A stretch of 64,000 bases of DNA from Eledone cirrhosa (lineage: Eukaryota), in NCBI GenBank assembly GCA_964016885.1, contig OZ024748.1, forward strand, positions 186,001 to 250,000. The letters are read 5' to 3'. Shown piece by piece: positions 8,952 through 22,663 of the stretch; position 1 is the stretch's first letter; the number at the start of each line of letters is the position of its first letter. The notes under the pieces are model-generated. The model worked only from the letters and a program-made list of their open reading frames with translations, did not search any database and was not told the origin of the DNA. The translations under genes and the position numbers were made by a program.

Positions 8952-9303
8952 ATGTATACAAAACAACTAAATCTCTTAAATAACTTCACTTATATCCAAA
9001 ACATGATTTGTATATACATCAACAGTGACTCATTATTATACGCCAGTCACGACCCCACTGCAAAAACGATATCTATATAACAACCCCACCGTAAAACTAC
9101 TCTTCCCCACTTTACAAACACTTTATATTATTTGTCATTAAGGTTTCTTAAAATAAATATATATACGTATGTGTAGTAATTAGTACGGAGACTGAGAGAG
9201 AAGGGGCGAGTGTGTCTTCATGGAGGGCACATGGGACCAGCAAAGTCCTAAAAGTAGAGACCAGTAAATGAGATAAGGTCCTAGCTATGTTAAGAATATA
9301 AAT

Positions 9304-9362
9304 AAGAAACATGTTCTATACATTTAAGAAGACAAGAGAAACATGTTCTAAACATTTAAGAA
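9304..9362 (+). repeat. Short tandem duplication of AGAAACATGTTCTA(T/A)ACATTTAAGAA
   Basis: Two adjacent near-identical copies, present in every complete unit. Confidence 0.85.
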
Positions 9363-9598
9363 ATAATTATTTACCTCTTTCATGTCGGTAATATAGCGGT
9401 GTTATAAAACTAATTATAACGACCGGTGTTAAAATAGAGAGAGATAGACAGATAAATGTGTCACACTCTCACCCTCTCTTTAAATCTTTTACACTATCTA
9501 ACTCGTACTTCTCACACTCTCTTTAAATCTTTTACTCTATCTACCTCTCATTTCTATCTGTGTATGTATGTATGTATCTGTCTATGTGTAACTCGGTG

Positions 9599-9640
9599 TA
9601 CTGGAGCAATATGAAGTGAAGTGTCTTGCTCAAGAAGACA
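9599..9640 (-). mobile_element. Small fragment of the SINE central domain
   Basis: CTGGAGCAATATGAAGTGAAGTGTCTTGCTCAAG is the reverse complement of the CTTGAGCAAGACACTTTATTTCACATTGCTCCAG motif in the SINE at 11891. Confidence 0.75.
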
Positions 9641-10799
9641 TTTTGTGGAGTTATATCATCGTTTCTTGTTATAAAGCTACTTATACTACCGGCGTAACAG
9701 TGGCTATAGGTGATAGATGTAGAAATAAAAGGCTGTAACAGCGATATAAATATAGATGAAATAGTTTACCACGAGACTAAGAATGAATGTTTAATGGAAT
9801 TAAGTGTAATCTAATAGGAAATAAGAGGCTAGAGCAGCGAAATGTTTACGTAAAATAAAAGAACAACAAACAAGAGTGCAACATTGAAATTTTTTTTTTT
9901 TTTTTTGTCGATATAAGCGTTATTTTATGCGCGATTTGCCTTGCTGCCGGCGCTGCTCAGTCAGTAGCAGCCCCGCTTACGAAGTTCAGGAGCCAACGAC
10001 TTTACATGGTTCGAATCTCACCCTCTCCGCTCTTGTCGAGTTATCTCCTACTCTTTTTACTTAGTTCCAGGTCATTAAAATAGAGCAAAGAGGGCGCTGC
10101 GATCGGCATATGCACTGGCTACAATGTTGAACTTTGGTACTGACTGCGTAGTTGAACGTTCCACATACCAACCGCCCAACTGGCCAGTCAACCGCATATG
10201 CGGCTGGCTGGCCGGTTGGGTAGTTGGCATATGTACTGGCTACCATGCTGAACATTGTACTGACTGTCAAGTTGAACGTTCTAACCCTCTCTTTACATCT
10301 ATTACTCTATCTACCGCTTATTTCTCCCCCTCTCTTTACTTCTATAACTCTATCTCCCACTCTCTTTACATCTATTACAGTGTCTCCCTGTATATATACA
10401 CGTATATATGCACTAGATTTTATAAGAAATCTACGTAATAATATAATTAACAATAGTTGATGAATTAGACCAGAGTTAATTAAACAATAAATATGAATGA
10501 AATAGCAGTAGATGGCGAAACTTGAGTGTTGTGTGTGCATACATATATATGAGGTAAACTGGTTCAAATACTGTCAGGATTATATTGGATCAAAGACTGT
10601 ATTAAATAGAAAGTAAAAAATGAAGTGAAAATATAAAAACAAACTGAAAATTTCCCCATCCCTAGAAAAATTCATATCTTGTTATATATAGATAATTGGC
10701 GCTTTAAATTGAATAAATATTCATTTATATATATATATATATGTATATATATATGTACACTGATATATATGTGTGTATATATATATGTGTATATATATA

Positions 10800-10861
<62 letters not shown>

Positions 10862-10862
<1 letters not shown>

Positions 10863-11405
10863 ACTTCATCATACGTCCGCTTTTCCATGCTTGCAAGGGT
10901 GGGGTGGGAGCTGATTCTGGATTGGTTTCTACAGCTGGGTGCCCTTCCTGACGCCAACCCCGTTTGCAGTGAGTGCTGGGTGCTTTTTTTTTTCCGTGGC
11001 ACCTCCACGTCAGCTTTACAGTGTGGGCTGGGTGCTTTTTGGCCGCGGCGCCTCCACGACCACTTTGCGGTGGGGCGGTGGGGTGGTATGTGTATACCCA
11101 GCCCATTGTCATTTGCCACACAGAAAAGCGTATAGCATCGTTCTTTACCCACGATGAATCTAGCAGACCCACCCCTCCACCTGGTCTCTTGAATACAACA
11201 AACATCGTCCTCCTTACGTTCAAGCATTTCTACAACCTCGTTAGAGCCACCCTATAAGGTGCCTACATTAATGGTACCAACTCTGAAGTTTTGGATTGCG
11301 TTTGGAGGTTGGGAGCGGTGGGGAGCGGGGATGGGGTTAGGGTTAGCCATCCGCGGCCGAAACAAAGAGGAGGAGCCCTTGCATTCTCGTCCATGAGGTG
11401 GATTT
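10862..11405 (-). mobile_element. Bipartite (internally deleted) RTE: 5' leader + APE N-terminus + 3' UTR; also about 26561-27104, 32467-33010, 38351-38894
   Basis: Minus strand reads [25 protein letters not shown](D/V)[13 protein letters not shown]...NDNGLG, then joins directly to the RTE 3' UTR. Confidence 0.85.
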
Positions 11406-11409
11406 GTCT

Positions 11410-11890
11410 TTATGTATGTATATGTATATATGTATGTATGTGTGTGTATGTATGTATATGTATATATGAGTGTATATGTGTATATGTATGTATATGTATG
11501 TGTATGTATGTGTATATATGTGTATATGTATGTGTTTGTATATATGTGTGTGTATGTATATATGTGTGTGTATGTATATATATATATGTATGTATGTGTA
11601 TATGTATGTATATGTATGTATGTGTATATGTATATATGTGTGTATGTATGTATATATGTATGTATGTGTATATATGTATGTATGTATATGTATATATACG
11701 TGTGTATATGTATATATACTTATGTGTATATGCTTATGTATGTGTATGTATGTATATTTATATTATGTATATATATATATCTATGTATGTATATGTATGT
11801 ATATGTGTATGTATGTGTATGAATGTATGTGTATATATGTATGTATGTATATATATATGTATGTATATGTATGTGTATGTATATGTATAT
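11410..11890. repeat. (TATG/TA/TG)n compound microsatellite of S units; also about 27110-27569, 33015-33463, 38899-39373
   Basis: Direct reading; source of the Y/V/C/M-rich spurious ORFs. Confidence 0.95.
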
Positions 11891-12245
11891 GGAGGCACAT
11901 GGCTTAGTGGTTCGAGCATTGGCCTGGCAATCGAAAGGTTGTGAGTTCAATTCTCAGACCGGGTGATGTGTTGTTTCCTTGAGCAAGACACTTTATTTCA
12001 CATTGCTCCAGTTTACTCAGCTGTAGAAATGAGATGATAGGGACTGGGGTCCATATCATTCCACTGCAAAGTGGTCGTGGAGGTGCCACGGCAAAAAAGC
12101 ACTCAGCACTTACTGTAAATGAGGTTGGTGTTAGGAAGGGCATCCAGCTGTAGAAATCAAGCCAGAATCAGTTCCCGTCCCACCCTTGCAAGCAGGGAAA
12201 AAGCGGACTTAAAACGAAATGATGATGATGATGATGATGATGATG
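11891..12245 (+). mobile_element. Full-length tRNA-derived SINE with CORE-like centre, RTE-type tail and (GAT)n
   Basis: A box TGGCTTAGTGG, B box GAGTTCAATTC, central CCTTGAGCAAGACACTT, tail GGAAGGGCATCCAGCTGTAGAAA...GCAAGCAGGGAAAAAGCGGAC, then (GAT)n. Confidence 0.9.
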
Positions 12246-12886
12246 TATGTATGTATGTGTATATGTATGTATGTATGTATATGTATGTATGTGTATGAGA
12301 TGCAGTTTGGTTTTGTGCCGCTGAAAAGTGCAACAGATGCCCTCTTCTTAGTGAGACAACTACAAAAGAGGTTCTTAGAGAAAAATAAGCCACTATACTT
12401 AGCTTTGGACATAGAGAAGGCTTTTGATAGAGAACTCTTATAAATGACAACATATATATATGTGTGTGTATATATATGTTTTTTTTAAAACTATATATTT
12501 ATTACTCCCTTAAGCAGAAGAAATATATTCCCAGATATCGAAGATTACCACAATAACTAGGGAGCGGAAATCAATAGATGCTGGACATTGCTGCTGAGGG
12601 TAGGATGACCTGATGAGCTGGCTCCTGTGGTGGATACCTAAACATAGTAAGAGCCAAGTGGGATGACTGAGGTTCACCTACATACATCAGATGTCTCTGG
12701 ATCTCCAGCTGGAGATTAATGATCTCAGGAATGCCATGAAAAATCGTGACATCTAAAAAAGAAGAGTAGAATTGTTCTGGCCAATCCACCTGACCTAATA
12801 AACAATAATAATATTAATATATATTGATGAAAATTAATTATGGTGAAATATCTTAGAAATCATTCTCAGAGGTTTTGTATTGTAAT

Positions 12887-14864
12887 CCACACTTGCTCCT
12901 TGTGGCTTCTGATGCAGACATCATGTCCGCCATCAGGTCCTTCCCAGCTAGCAGCTGCGGAGATGTTGATGGTCTCTGACCAGGCCTCCTCAAGGAGTTG
13001 ATATCTCCCCTCTCCGCTGAGGCCGGGCGCCGCCTTCTGAGTGCAATTGTGGCGCTCACCAATAGGCTCATCCATGGCGCCCTGGACTCTTATGCTCGAG
13101 GCCTCTTTTTTTTGGCCAGCCTCACCGCTCTCAGGAAGAAAGAGGATGGCATACGCCCCATTGCTGTGGGCAATGTCTTCCGGAGGCTGGCTGCCAAGGT
13201 AATCTGCAAGTCCGTAACACTCGGAACCGGCATCCAGGGCCTCCAGCCACCTCATTGTCAAGTTTGACATGAGGAATGCCTTCAACTCTTTACGCTGGGA
13301 TCATCTGCTCGAGGCCTGCCTCAGCCGAGCCCCCTCTGCCTACCTGTCATATGGAGCCCCAAGCATGCGCCATGCTGCTGATACGGTCATACCCTTGGCT
13401 ACTGGGATCCAACAGGGCAACCCTTTGGGACCCCTCCTGTTCACCCTTGGTATTGACCACATCGCCTGGAGTATAACGGCCCCTCTCAACGTTTGGTATC
13501 TGGATGATGCTACTTTGGGTGGGCCCGTACAGGCGGTCTGCCATGACCTTCAATCGGTGGTTCCTGCCCTGGCGGGAATCGACCTCCAGGTCAACTCAGC
13601 CAAGTCGGAGGTGGTGAATGTCAGCCTCGATGCTGCAAGCTTTGCAGTCTCCGTCTTGGACGTGCGGTCCATTCTCCGCCAGGTTCAGGTGACCCCCCAA
13701 AGAGGATGCCCTCACCGATCCACCCGCCGGCCATCCGCTCCTCCATCAAGTCCAGACTCTCACGAGCCGACTGGGCTTGATTGATGGCCACCCAGTTCTC
13801 TTACTGCTGAGGAACTGCTACGCCATGCCGAAGCTCCTCTATACACTCTGTGCTACACCTAAACTTGTATCCGAGCAGCAGCCGATGAGATATGCAACTT
13901 TACCTGTCAGGTATGGCGGCCTTCGCCTCCAGTCCCCGATCTCACTAGCTTTGCCGGCATATCTTTCGTCGGTAACCTCGTACCACGTCCTCCTCAGCAG
14001 GGTTCTTCAAAACACAACAGAACCCTCTGTGTTCAGAGAACGCGTCGCCGCCTGTGAGACGTGGGACCGGCTGGGACTTAGCCCAGTAGACGTTCCTCCT
14101 CCTTCTCCCCCTGTTGACGTCAAGTCCCCCCCAACACACTTGGGATGCCATCCAGTGCAGCCTGGCCTCAGACAGGCTCACGTGCCAGCTCGACCAGCAC
14201 CGCCTTGTTTGTTTTCGTGCAGCCTCCAAACCCCACAGTGGGGCCTGGCTCCATGCCCTGCCCTCCTTCTCCACTCGCACGCAGCTAGACAACAATAGCT
14301 TGCGCATCGGCGTTTCCCTGAGGCTCGGCCTCACACCAATGTCGCTGCCGTTCCACCATGGACTCTTTCGGCCTCCACCCGCAATCCACGCCATGCTGCC
14401 CTCAACGAAGTCATTAAGCATGGCTTGGACGCTGCAGGCTTCCCTTCCCAGCTCGAGGGGACGGCAAAAGGCTAGATGGCATGACCATCTTCCCGTTCCG
14501 CGGTGGCAAACCCCTCGTCTGGGATGCCACTTGCACCGACACTTTCTGCAGCCGCAACCTGGTGCAGTCTGCGACTGGCCCAGGTTCTGCTGCACGTCAG
14601 GCTGAGGGGGCCAAACTCCTCACATATCGTTCACTCTCCGACAGGTTTGCGGTCGTACCCCTGGAAGTGGAGACTTCTGGTGTCCTCGGCCCCAGGGCTA
14701 CCTCCTTACTCACCACCATAGGCGCTGAGCTGGCCAGCCGCAGGTGTGAGCCCCGCGAGTTGGAGTGGCTTTTCCAGCGCGTCTCCCTTGTCGTGCTCCG
14801 GGGAAACGCCTTCTCCATTCTGTCCGCCGGGGCTGTGGGTGGGTCCCATCGCGTACCGTTATGA
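12887..14864 (+). mobile_element. CRE-clade element copy (unit 2)
   Basis: Same motifs; 6-C frameshift and 26-bp knuckle deletion. Confidence 0.88.
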
Positions 14865-16603
14865 ATGTATACAAAACAACTAAATCTCTTAAATAACTTC
14901 ACTTATATCCAAAACATGATTTGTATATACATCAACAGTGACTCATTATTATACGCCAGTCACGACCCCACTGCAAAAACGATATCTATATAACAACCCC
15001 ACCGTAAAACTACTCTTCCCCACTTTACAAACACTTTATATTATTTGTCATTAAGGTTTCTTAAAATAAATATATATACGTATGTGTAGTAATTAGTACG
15101 GAGACTGAGAGAGAAGGGGCGAGTGTGTCTTCATGGAGGGCACATGGGACCAGCAAAGCCCTAAAAGTAGAGACCAGTAAATGAGATAAGGTCCTAGCTA
15201 TGTTAAGAATATAAATAAGAAACATGTTCTATACATTTAAGAAGACAAGAGAAACATGTTCTAAACATTTAAGAAATAATTATTTACCTCTTTCATGTCG
15301 GTAATATAGCGGTGTTATAAAACTAATTATAACGACCGGTGTTAAAATAGAGAGAGATAGACAGATAAATGTGTGTCACACTCTCACCCTCTCTTTAAAT
15401 CTTTTACACTATCTTTACATCTTTTACTCTATCTCCCTCTTATTTCTATCTGTGTACATATATATGTGTATGTATGTATCTGTCTATGTGTAACTCGGTG
15501 TACTGGAGCAATATGAGGTGAAGTGTCTTGCTCAAGAAGACATTTTGTGGAGTTATATCATCGTTTCTTGTTATAAAGCTACTTATACTACCGGCGTAAC
15601 AGTGGCTATAGGTGATAGATGTAGAAATAAAAGGCTGTAACAGCGATATAAATATAGATGAAATAGTTTACCACGAGACTAAGAATGAATGTTTAATGGA
15701 ATTAAGTGTAATCTAATAGGAAATAAGAGGCTAGAGCAGCGAAATGTTTACGTAAAATAAAAGAACAACAAACAAGAGTGCAACATTGAAATTTTTGTTT
15801 TATTTTCTCGATATAAGCGTTATTTTATGCGCGACTTGCCTTGCTGCCGGCGTTGCTCAGTCAGTAGCAGCCCCGCTTACGAAGTTCAGGAGCCAACGAC
15901 TTTACATGGTTCGAATCTCACCCTCTCCGCTCTTGTCGAGTTATCTCCTACTCTTTTTACTTAGTTCCAGGTCATTTAAATAGAGCAAAGAGGTCGCGGC
16001 GATCGGCATATGCACTGGCTACAATGTTGAACTTTGGTACTGACTGCATAGTTGAACGTTCCACATACCAACCGCCCAACTGGCCAGTCAACCGCAAATA
16101 CGGCTGGCTGGCCGGTTGGGTAGTTGGCATATGTACTGACTGTCAAGTTGAACGTTCTAACCCTCTCTTCACATCTATTGCTCTATCTACCGCTTATTTC
16201 TCTCCCTCTCTTTACTTCTATAACTCTATCTCCCACTCTCTTTACATCTATTACACAGTGTCTCCCTGTATATATACACGTATATATGCACTAGATTTTA
16301 TAAGAAATCTACGTAATAATATAATTAACAATAGTTGATGAATTAGACCAGAGTTAATTAAACAATAAATATGAATGAAATAGCAGTAGATGGCGAAACT
16401 TGAGTGTTGTGTGTGCATACATATATATGAGGTAAACTGGTTCAAATACTGTCAGGATTATATTGGATCAAAGACTGTATTAAATAGAAAGTAAAAAATG
16501 AAGTGAAAATATAAAAACAAACTGAAAATTTCCCCATCCCTAGAAAAATTCATATCTTGTTATATATAGATAATTGGCGCTTTAAATTGAATAAATATTC
16601 ATT

Positions 16604-16638
<35 letters not shown>

Positions 16639-18203
16639 GTACACTGATATATATGTGTGTGTATATATATATATATATGTATGTGTATATGTGTACATAT
16701 GTATGTGTATATATATACTAATATATATATATATATATATCAACTTCATCATACGTCCGCTTTTCCATGCTTGCAAGGGTGGGGTGGGAGCTGATTCTGG
16801 ATTGGTTTCTACAGCTGGGTGCCCTTCCTGACGCCAACCCAGTTTGCAGTGAGTGCTGGGTGCTTTTTTTGTTTCCGTGGCACCTCCACGTCAGCTTTAC
16901 AGAGCGGGCTGGGTGCTTTTTTGCCGTGGCGCCTCCACGACCACTTTACGGTGGGGTGGTGGGGTGGTATGTGTATACCCAGCCCATTGTCATTTCCCAC
17001 CCAGAAAAGTTCATAGCACCGTTCTTTACCCACGATGAATCTAGCAGACCCACCCCTCCACCTGGTCTCTTGAATACAACAGTGGTTTCACTAAAATAAA
17101 AATTAAATTAAATTAAATTAAATTAATTATATTAGATAAATAGACATTGGGGTTCTCACCAAAGATTTTCAGTTATTTCTAAGAGATGTAAAAGGAAAAT
17201 TAAAAAAAGATTAATAGGACACATTAGACATGTCTCCAAGCAAGAATTGAACTTACAGACAAGGATCTCACCATCTCTGGTACTTCCCACTAAGCCACCA
17301 AGACTGCTACAAAGGTCTATTGAAAATTAATATTTATAAACCTACTTTCAAAATATAACTAATTTAATTAAAAATAAAATAAAATAAATAGACATTGGCG
17401 TTCTCACAAAACTTTTTCAGTTCTTTTTTCTAAGAAATGTCAAAGGAATATATATATATATATATTTTATTTTTAATTTTATTTTGAAAGTAGGTTTATA
17501 AATATTAAATTTCAGTACATCTTTGTATCAGTCTCGGTAGCTTAGTGGGAAGTACCAGAGATGGTGAGATCCTGTTCTGGGTGTTCAATCCTGGTCTGAG
17601 GGTTGAATTGGGGACTCAGGTTCAATCCTGGTCCATGAGATACATGTAAGGTGTCATGTTAATCTTTTATAATTTTCTTTCTATATCTCTTTGAAAAAGA
17701 GAACCCCTATTTATTTAATTATATTGAATTTAATTTTTTATTTTAGTTAAATTGTCGAAAACACTGAAGATCTAAAGGTTGAGGAGACAATATGTCTATT
17801 TTATCTGTCTCCTCTAACTTTAGATCACCAGTGGTTTTGACAATTTAACTAAAGTAAAATAAAATAAAATAAATTAAATTATATTAGATAAATAGACATT
17901 GGGGTTCTCACCAAAGATTTTCAGTTTTTTCTGAGGAAAATTTAAAAAAAGATTAACAGGACACATTACAGCAATGATTGAACTCCCAGACCAGGATTGA
18001 ACCTACAGACAAGGACCTCACCATCTCTGGTACTTCCCACTAAGCCGCCAAGACTGCTACAACGGTCTGCTGATAATTAATATTTATAAACCTAATTTCA
18101 AAATAAAATTAATGTTATTAATTTTATTTAAAAATAAAATAAAATAAATAAACATTGGGGTTCTCACAAAACTTTTTCATTTTTTTTCTAAGAAATGTCA
18201 AAG

Positions 18204-18242
<39 letters not shown>

Positions 18243-18245
<3 letters not shown>

Positions 18246-20165
18246 TCATCATCATCATCATCGTTTAACGTCCATATTCCACGCTTGCATGGGTTTGGAC
18301 GGGAATTTTCCCACTTGAGGCAAGAGTGGTTGTCTTGCTCGCATAGGACTGTCTGGCGGGTTTTCTACAGCTGGATGCCCTTCCTAACACCAACCGCATT
18401 TACAGTGTGGGACTGGGAGGTTTTTACCGTGTTACCTACACGGCCACATTACTGCGTGGACTGTGTTTTTTTTTTTTGTCGTGACACCTACACGACCTCA
18501 TTTGTTTCGGCCTGGATGTTGTGGCACCAACATAACTTTACAGTGAAAGGGGCGGTGTGGATGGGGTGGGGGTGTATTTTGTTAGAGGTGCCTACTGACT
18601 GTAGTAGGTTTTACTTTGTATCTAGGTAAGGCGGGTCTTCTCTATTACTGAGTACCGCCAAAGATCTCGGTCCAGTGACATTGTCTTGGAGAGGTGTAAG
18701 TGTGTGAGGTCGGAATTTATCAAGTCGTCCCAGGTTTTTCTGGGTCTGCCTACTCCGTGGCTACCGTCTATCTTTATTGCCCTGCATTTTTTTTATACAG
18801 CTGTCGTCTTTCATCCGCATCACGTGGACCATACCAACGTAGTCTTCTCTCGAGTACACAACATCTGATCCCTCTTATTTCTAATTTTTCCCTTAGTTCG
18901 TTTATGCTTTGCAGTTCACATATATTACTATTACACATCCAGCGAAGCATGCAAGCTTCGTTCCTCTCTAGTCTGCGTATATCCTCTGCACACAATGCCC
19001 AGGTCTCACTGCCATGCAACATTGCTGTTCATATGCAGGCATCATACAACCTGCCTTTCATTTTTAGGGAGAACCCTTTAGCGGCTAATAGTGGTATAAG
19101 CTCTCTGAACTTTTTCCATCCAGTTCTGACTCTAGCTACTGTACTTTCAGAGCACCCTCCCCCACTGCTGATTTTGTCACCCAGGTAACGGAAGCTGTCC
19201 ACTATTTCTATAGAACCCTCTGCGCAATTGAAAGAGCTAGTATTTTGTGGGCACTTGCTGCTACTTATTGCACCAGAGCACCGGCCACATGTAAAATCTA
19301 TGTTCTTAGTTAGCTTACCTGTGATCCCACTACATCTTTTATGAACCCATACTTTGCATTTGGGACATAAAATGGAGTTTCTACCTACGCCTTTCCTACA
19401 CACTGAGCATGGCCATTTCCCGGAAGGGACCGGCGCCTTATTTTCTTTCCTACAAACTAGAACTTTAGTCTTAGCCAGGTTAATTTTAAGGCCTTCTGAT
19501 TCTAGGCCTTGCTTCCATGTTTGGAATTTCTTCTCTAGCTCGGCCATCGATTCAGCTATGAGCGTTAGATCATCTGCGTATAGGAGTTCCCATGGGCAGC
19601 CGGTCTTGAACTCCACTGTTATAGCCTGAAGGGCAATAATAAATAGTAGGGGGCTAAGGACGGAGCCCTGATGAACACCAACTTTTACGCTAAACTCTTC
19701 ACTATATTCGTTGTTAATTCTAACCTTGCTGACTGTTTCTTTATACATGGCTCGTATAGCTCTCACAAGCCATTCCTCAACACCTAGTTTTCTAAGAGCC
19801 CACCAGATAATGGAACGGGGGACTCTGTCGAAGGCTTTCTCCAAGTCAACAAAAGCTAAGTATAGGGGTTTACTTTTAACTAGGTACTTCTCCTGTAGTT
19901 GTCGTACAATGAAAAGAGCGTCTGTGGTACTTTTACCTGACACAAACCCGAACTGCATTTCATCTAGATCAATTCTCTCTCTGATTAGTTGCGCTATTAG
20001 TTTTTCCGTGACCTTCATGACCTGGTCGATTAATTTAATGCCTCTATAGTTACTCCTATCTAGGGCATCTCCTTTACCCTTGTAACAGTTAATGATGATG
20101 CTGCTACGCCAGTCCTTCAGAACAACCCCATTCTGTATGACTTGGTTTACTATCCGGGTGACCAT
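18243..20165 (-). mobile_element. RTE LINE copy (unit 3)
   Basis: Same RT ORF (19029-20285) and same lesions as unit 1. Confidence 0.95.
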
Positions 20166-22663
20166 TACGTGTATACATCTGAAAATGTATATATGTATGC
20201 AAAGATATAAGTAAACATACATGTATACATATAGATGGACAGTTATGCATATACAATAACTTATTTCTATACATACATATACCACAAGTAAGGCATGGTG
20301 CTGCCAACTAACCAGACCTCCCTCATAATGGACCAGCTAGATCCCAAAATACAGGCCTGCTTGCCAACACACAGTCCCAATAAGTGTAAGTTACAGCGCA
20401 GCTATCTGGACAGACTTGTCTTAAGACTACACACTATCCCACTACATCTTTTGTATACTATATATATACTGTTTATATATATATATACTATATATATATA
20501 TACTGTTTATATATATATATACTATATATATATATACTGTTTATATATATATACACACATATAATTGTGTATTCACACATTATCTTAGTAATGAAATAAT
20601 TAATAATTTTAGTAAATTGTTCAAAATTCTTCATTAACCCTTTTGGTAGAAACCCAGCCAAAATTAGTTCTCGTACTATGGAAATGGTTCCTATCTAAAT
20701 TAAAGTCTTCCAACAAAATTCTATATAACAACCATATGGTAAGTTACTATGTTAGTAATTAACTAACAATTGTGATAAATAGCTCAAAATTATTCATAAT
20801 TAATTGAATTATAAGGTTCATAATTATAATAAAATCTTCAAATAGGCTACGAAACCGGTAAACCTGAAAGGTACACAACACACACACATTGCTATAGCGT
20901 TTCACCAGCCCCTTCCTTCCTGAATTATTACAGAGATGTGTGTGTATGTAATAATTATTTGTATAATGTGTGTCTATTTATGAATATGTATGAGTAGATG
21001 TGTGTGTGTGTATCACAGTAGATGTGTATGTAACACGGTAGATGTGTATATGTAACAGAGTAGATGTGTGTTTGCATGTAACTCAGTATATGTGTATGTA
21101 ACTCAGTAGATGTGTGTGTGTAACACGGTAGATGTGTGTGTGTAACACGGTAGATGTGTGTGTGTGTAACACGGTAGATGTGTGTGTGTGTAACACAGTA
21201 GATGTGTGTATGTAACAGTAGATGTGTATGTATGTAACACAGTAGATGTGTATGTATGTAACACAGTAGATGTGTGTATGTAACACAGTACATGTGTGTG
21301 TATGTAACTCAGTAGATGTGTGTGTATGTAACTCAGTAGATGTGTGTATGTAACACAGTAGATTGTGTGTATGTAACATAGAAGATGTGTGTAACACAGT
21401 AGATGTGTGTGTATGTAACACAGTAGATCTGTGTGTATGTAACTCAGTAGATGTGTGTGTATGTAACACAGGTGTGTGTATGTAACACAGTAGATGTGTG
21501 TATGTAACATAGTAGATGTGTGTATGTAACACAGAAGATGTGTGTGTATGTAACACAGTAGATGTGTGTGTATGTAACTCAGTAGATGTGTGTGTATGTA
21601 ACAGTAGATGTGTGTGTAACACAGTAGATGTGTATGTAACGCAGTAGATGTGTGTGTATATAACCCAGTTGATGTGTGTGTATGTAACACAGTAGATGTG
21701 TGTATGTAACATAGTATATGTGTATGTAACTAAAGTGTAACGTACGTTACAAATGGACGACAAAATGATTTTAACTTGTTTTTTAACAATTGATGGTGGA
21801 AAAGATTTTAAATTGTCTTAACTCAGACCATAAAGGGCCGCAACACATGGAGTCTGACACTCTTACCGGCTACATAGCCTGGGCGTCTATTTTACCGCGA
21901 CCGGCTACATAGCATCTTCCTAAAATCTTCCAACATAATTTTATACAAGAACCACATGTTAAGTTACTAATAAAATAATTAATAAATAAAAACATTAGTA
22001 AGTCCTTCAAATGATATCTCAGTAATGAAATAATTAATAATTGTTATAAATACCTCAAAATTTCTCATTAATTAAACCTCATTAATTAATTAAGCCGCTG
22101 AAAAGTGCAACAGATGCCCTCTTCTTAGTGAGACAACTACAAAAGAGGTTCTTAGAGAAAAATAAGCCACTATACTTAGCTTTGGACATAGAGAAGGCTT
22201 TTGATAGAGAACTCTTATAAATGACAACATATATATATGTGTGTGTATATATATGTTTTTTTTAAAACTATATATTTATTACTCCCTTAAGCAGAAGAAA
22301 TATATTCCCAGATATCGAAGATTACCACAATAACTAGGGAGCGGAAATCAATATATGCTGGACATTGCTGCTGAGGGTAGGATGACCTGATGAGCTGGTT
22401 CCTGTGGTGGATACCTAAACATAGTAAGACCCTAGTGGGATGACTGAGGTTCACCTACATACATCAGATGTCTCTGGATCTCCAGCTGGAGATTAATGAT
22501 CTCAGGAATGCCATGAAAAATCGTGACATCTAAAAAAGAAGAGTAGAATTGTTCTGGCCAATCCACCTGACCTAATAAACAATAATAATATTAATATATA
22601 TTGATGAAAATTAATTATGGTGAAATATCTTAGAAATCATTCTCAGAGGTTTTGTATTGTAAT

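Larger units (their letters stand above)
1..9782 (+). repeat. Array unit 1, L type (9782 bp)
   Basis: Anchor-to-anchor distance; contains the L-specific block 1396-6403. Confidence 0.95.
9783..15684 (+). repeat. Array unit 2, S type (5902 bp)
   Basis: Anchor-to-anchor distance; contains the S-specific block 11201-12316. Confidence 0.95.

Noticed and set aside
8032-8989. Minus-strand ORFs over the CRE element
   Set aside because: Antisense shadows of GC-rich coding sequence.
11291-11944. Y/V/C/M-rich ORFs of 136-217 aa
   Set aside because: They are translations of the (TATG/TA/TG)n microsatellite, open in all frames.
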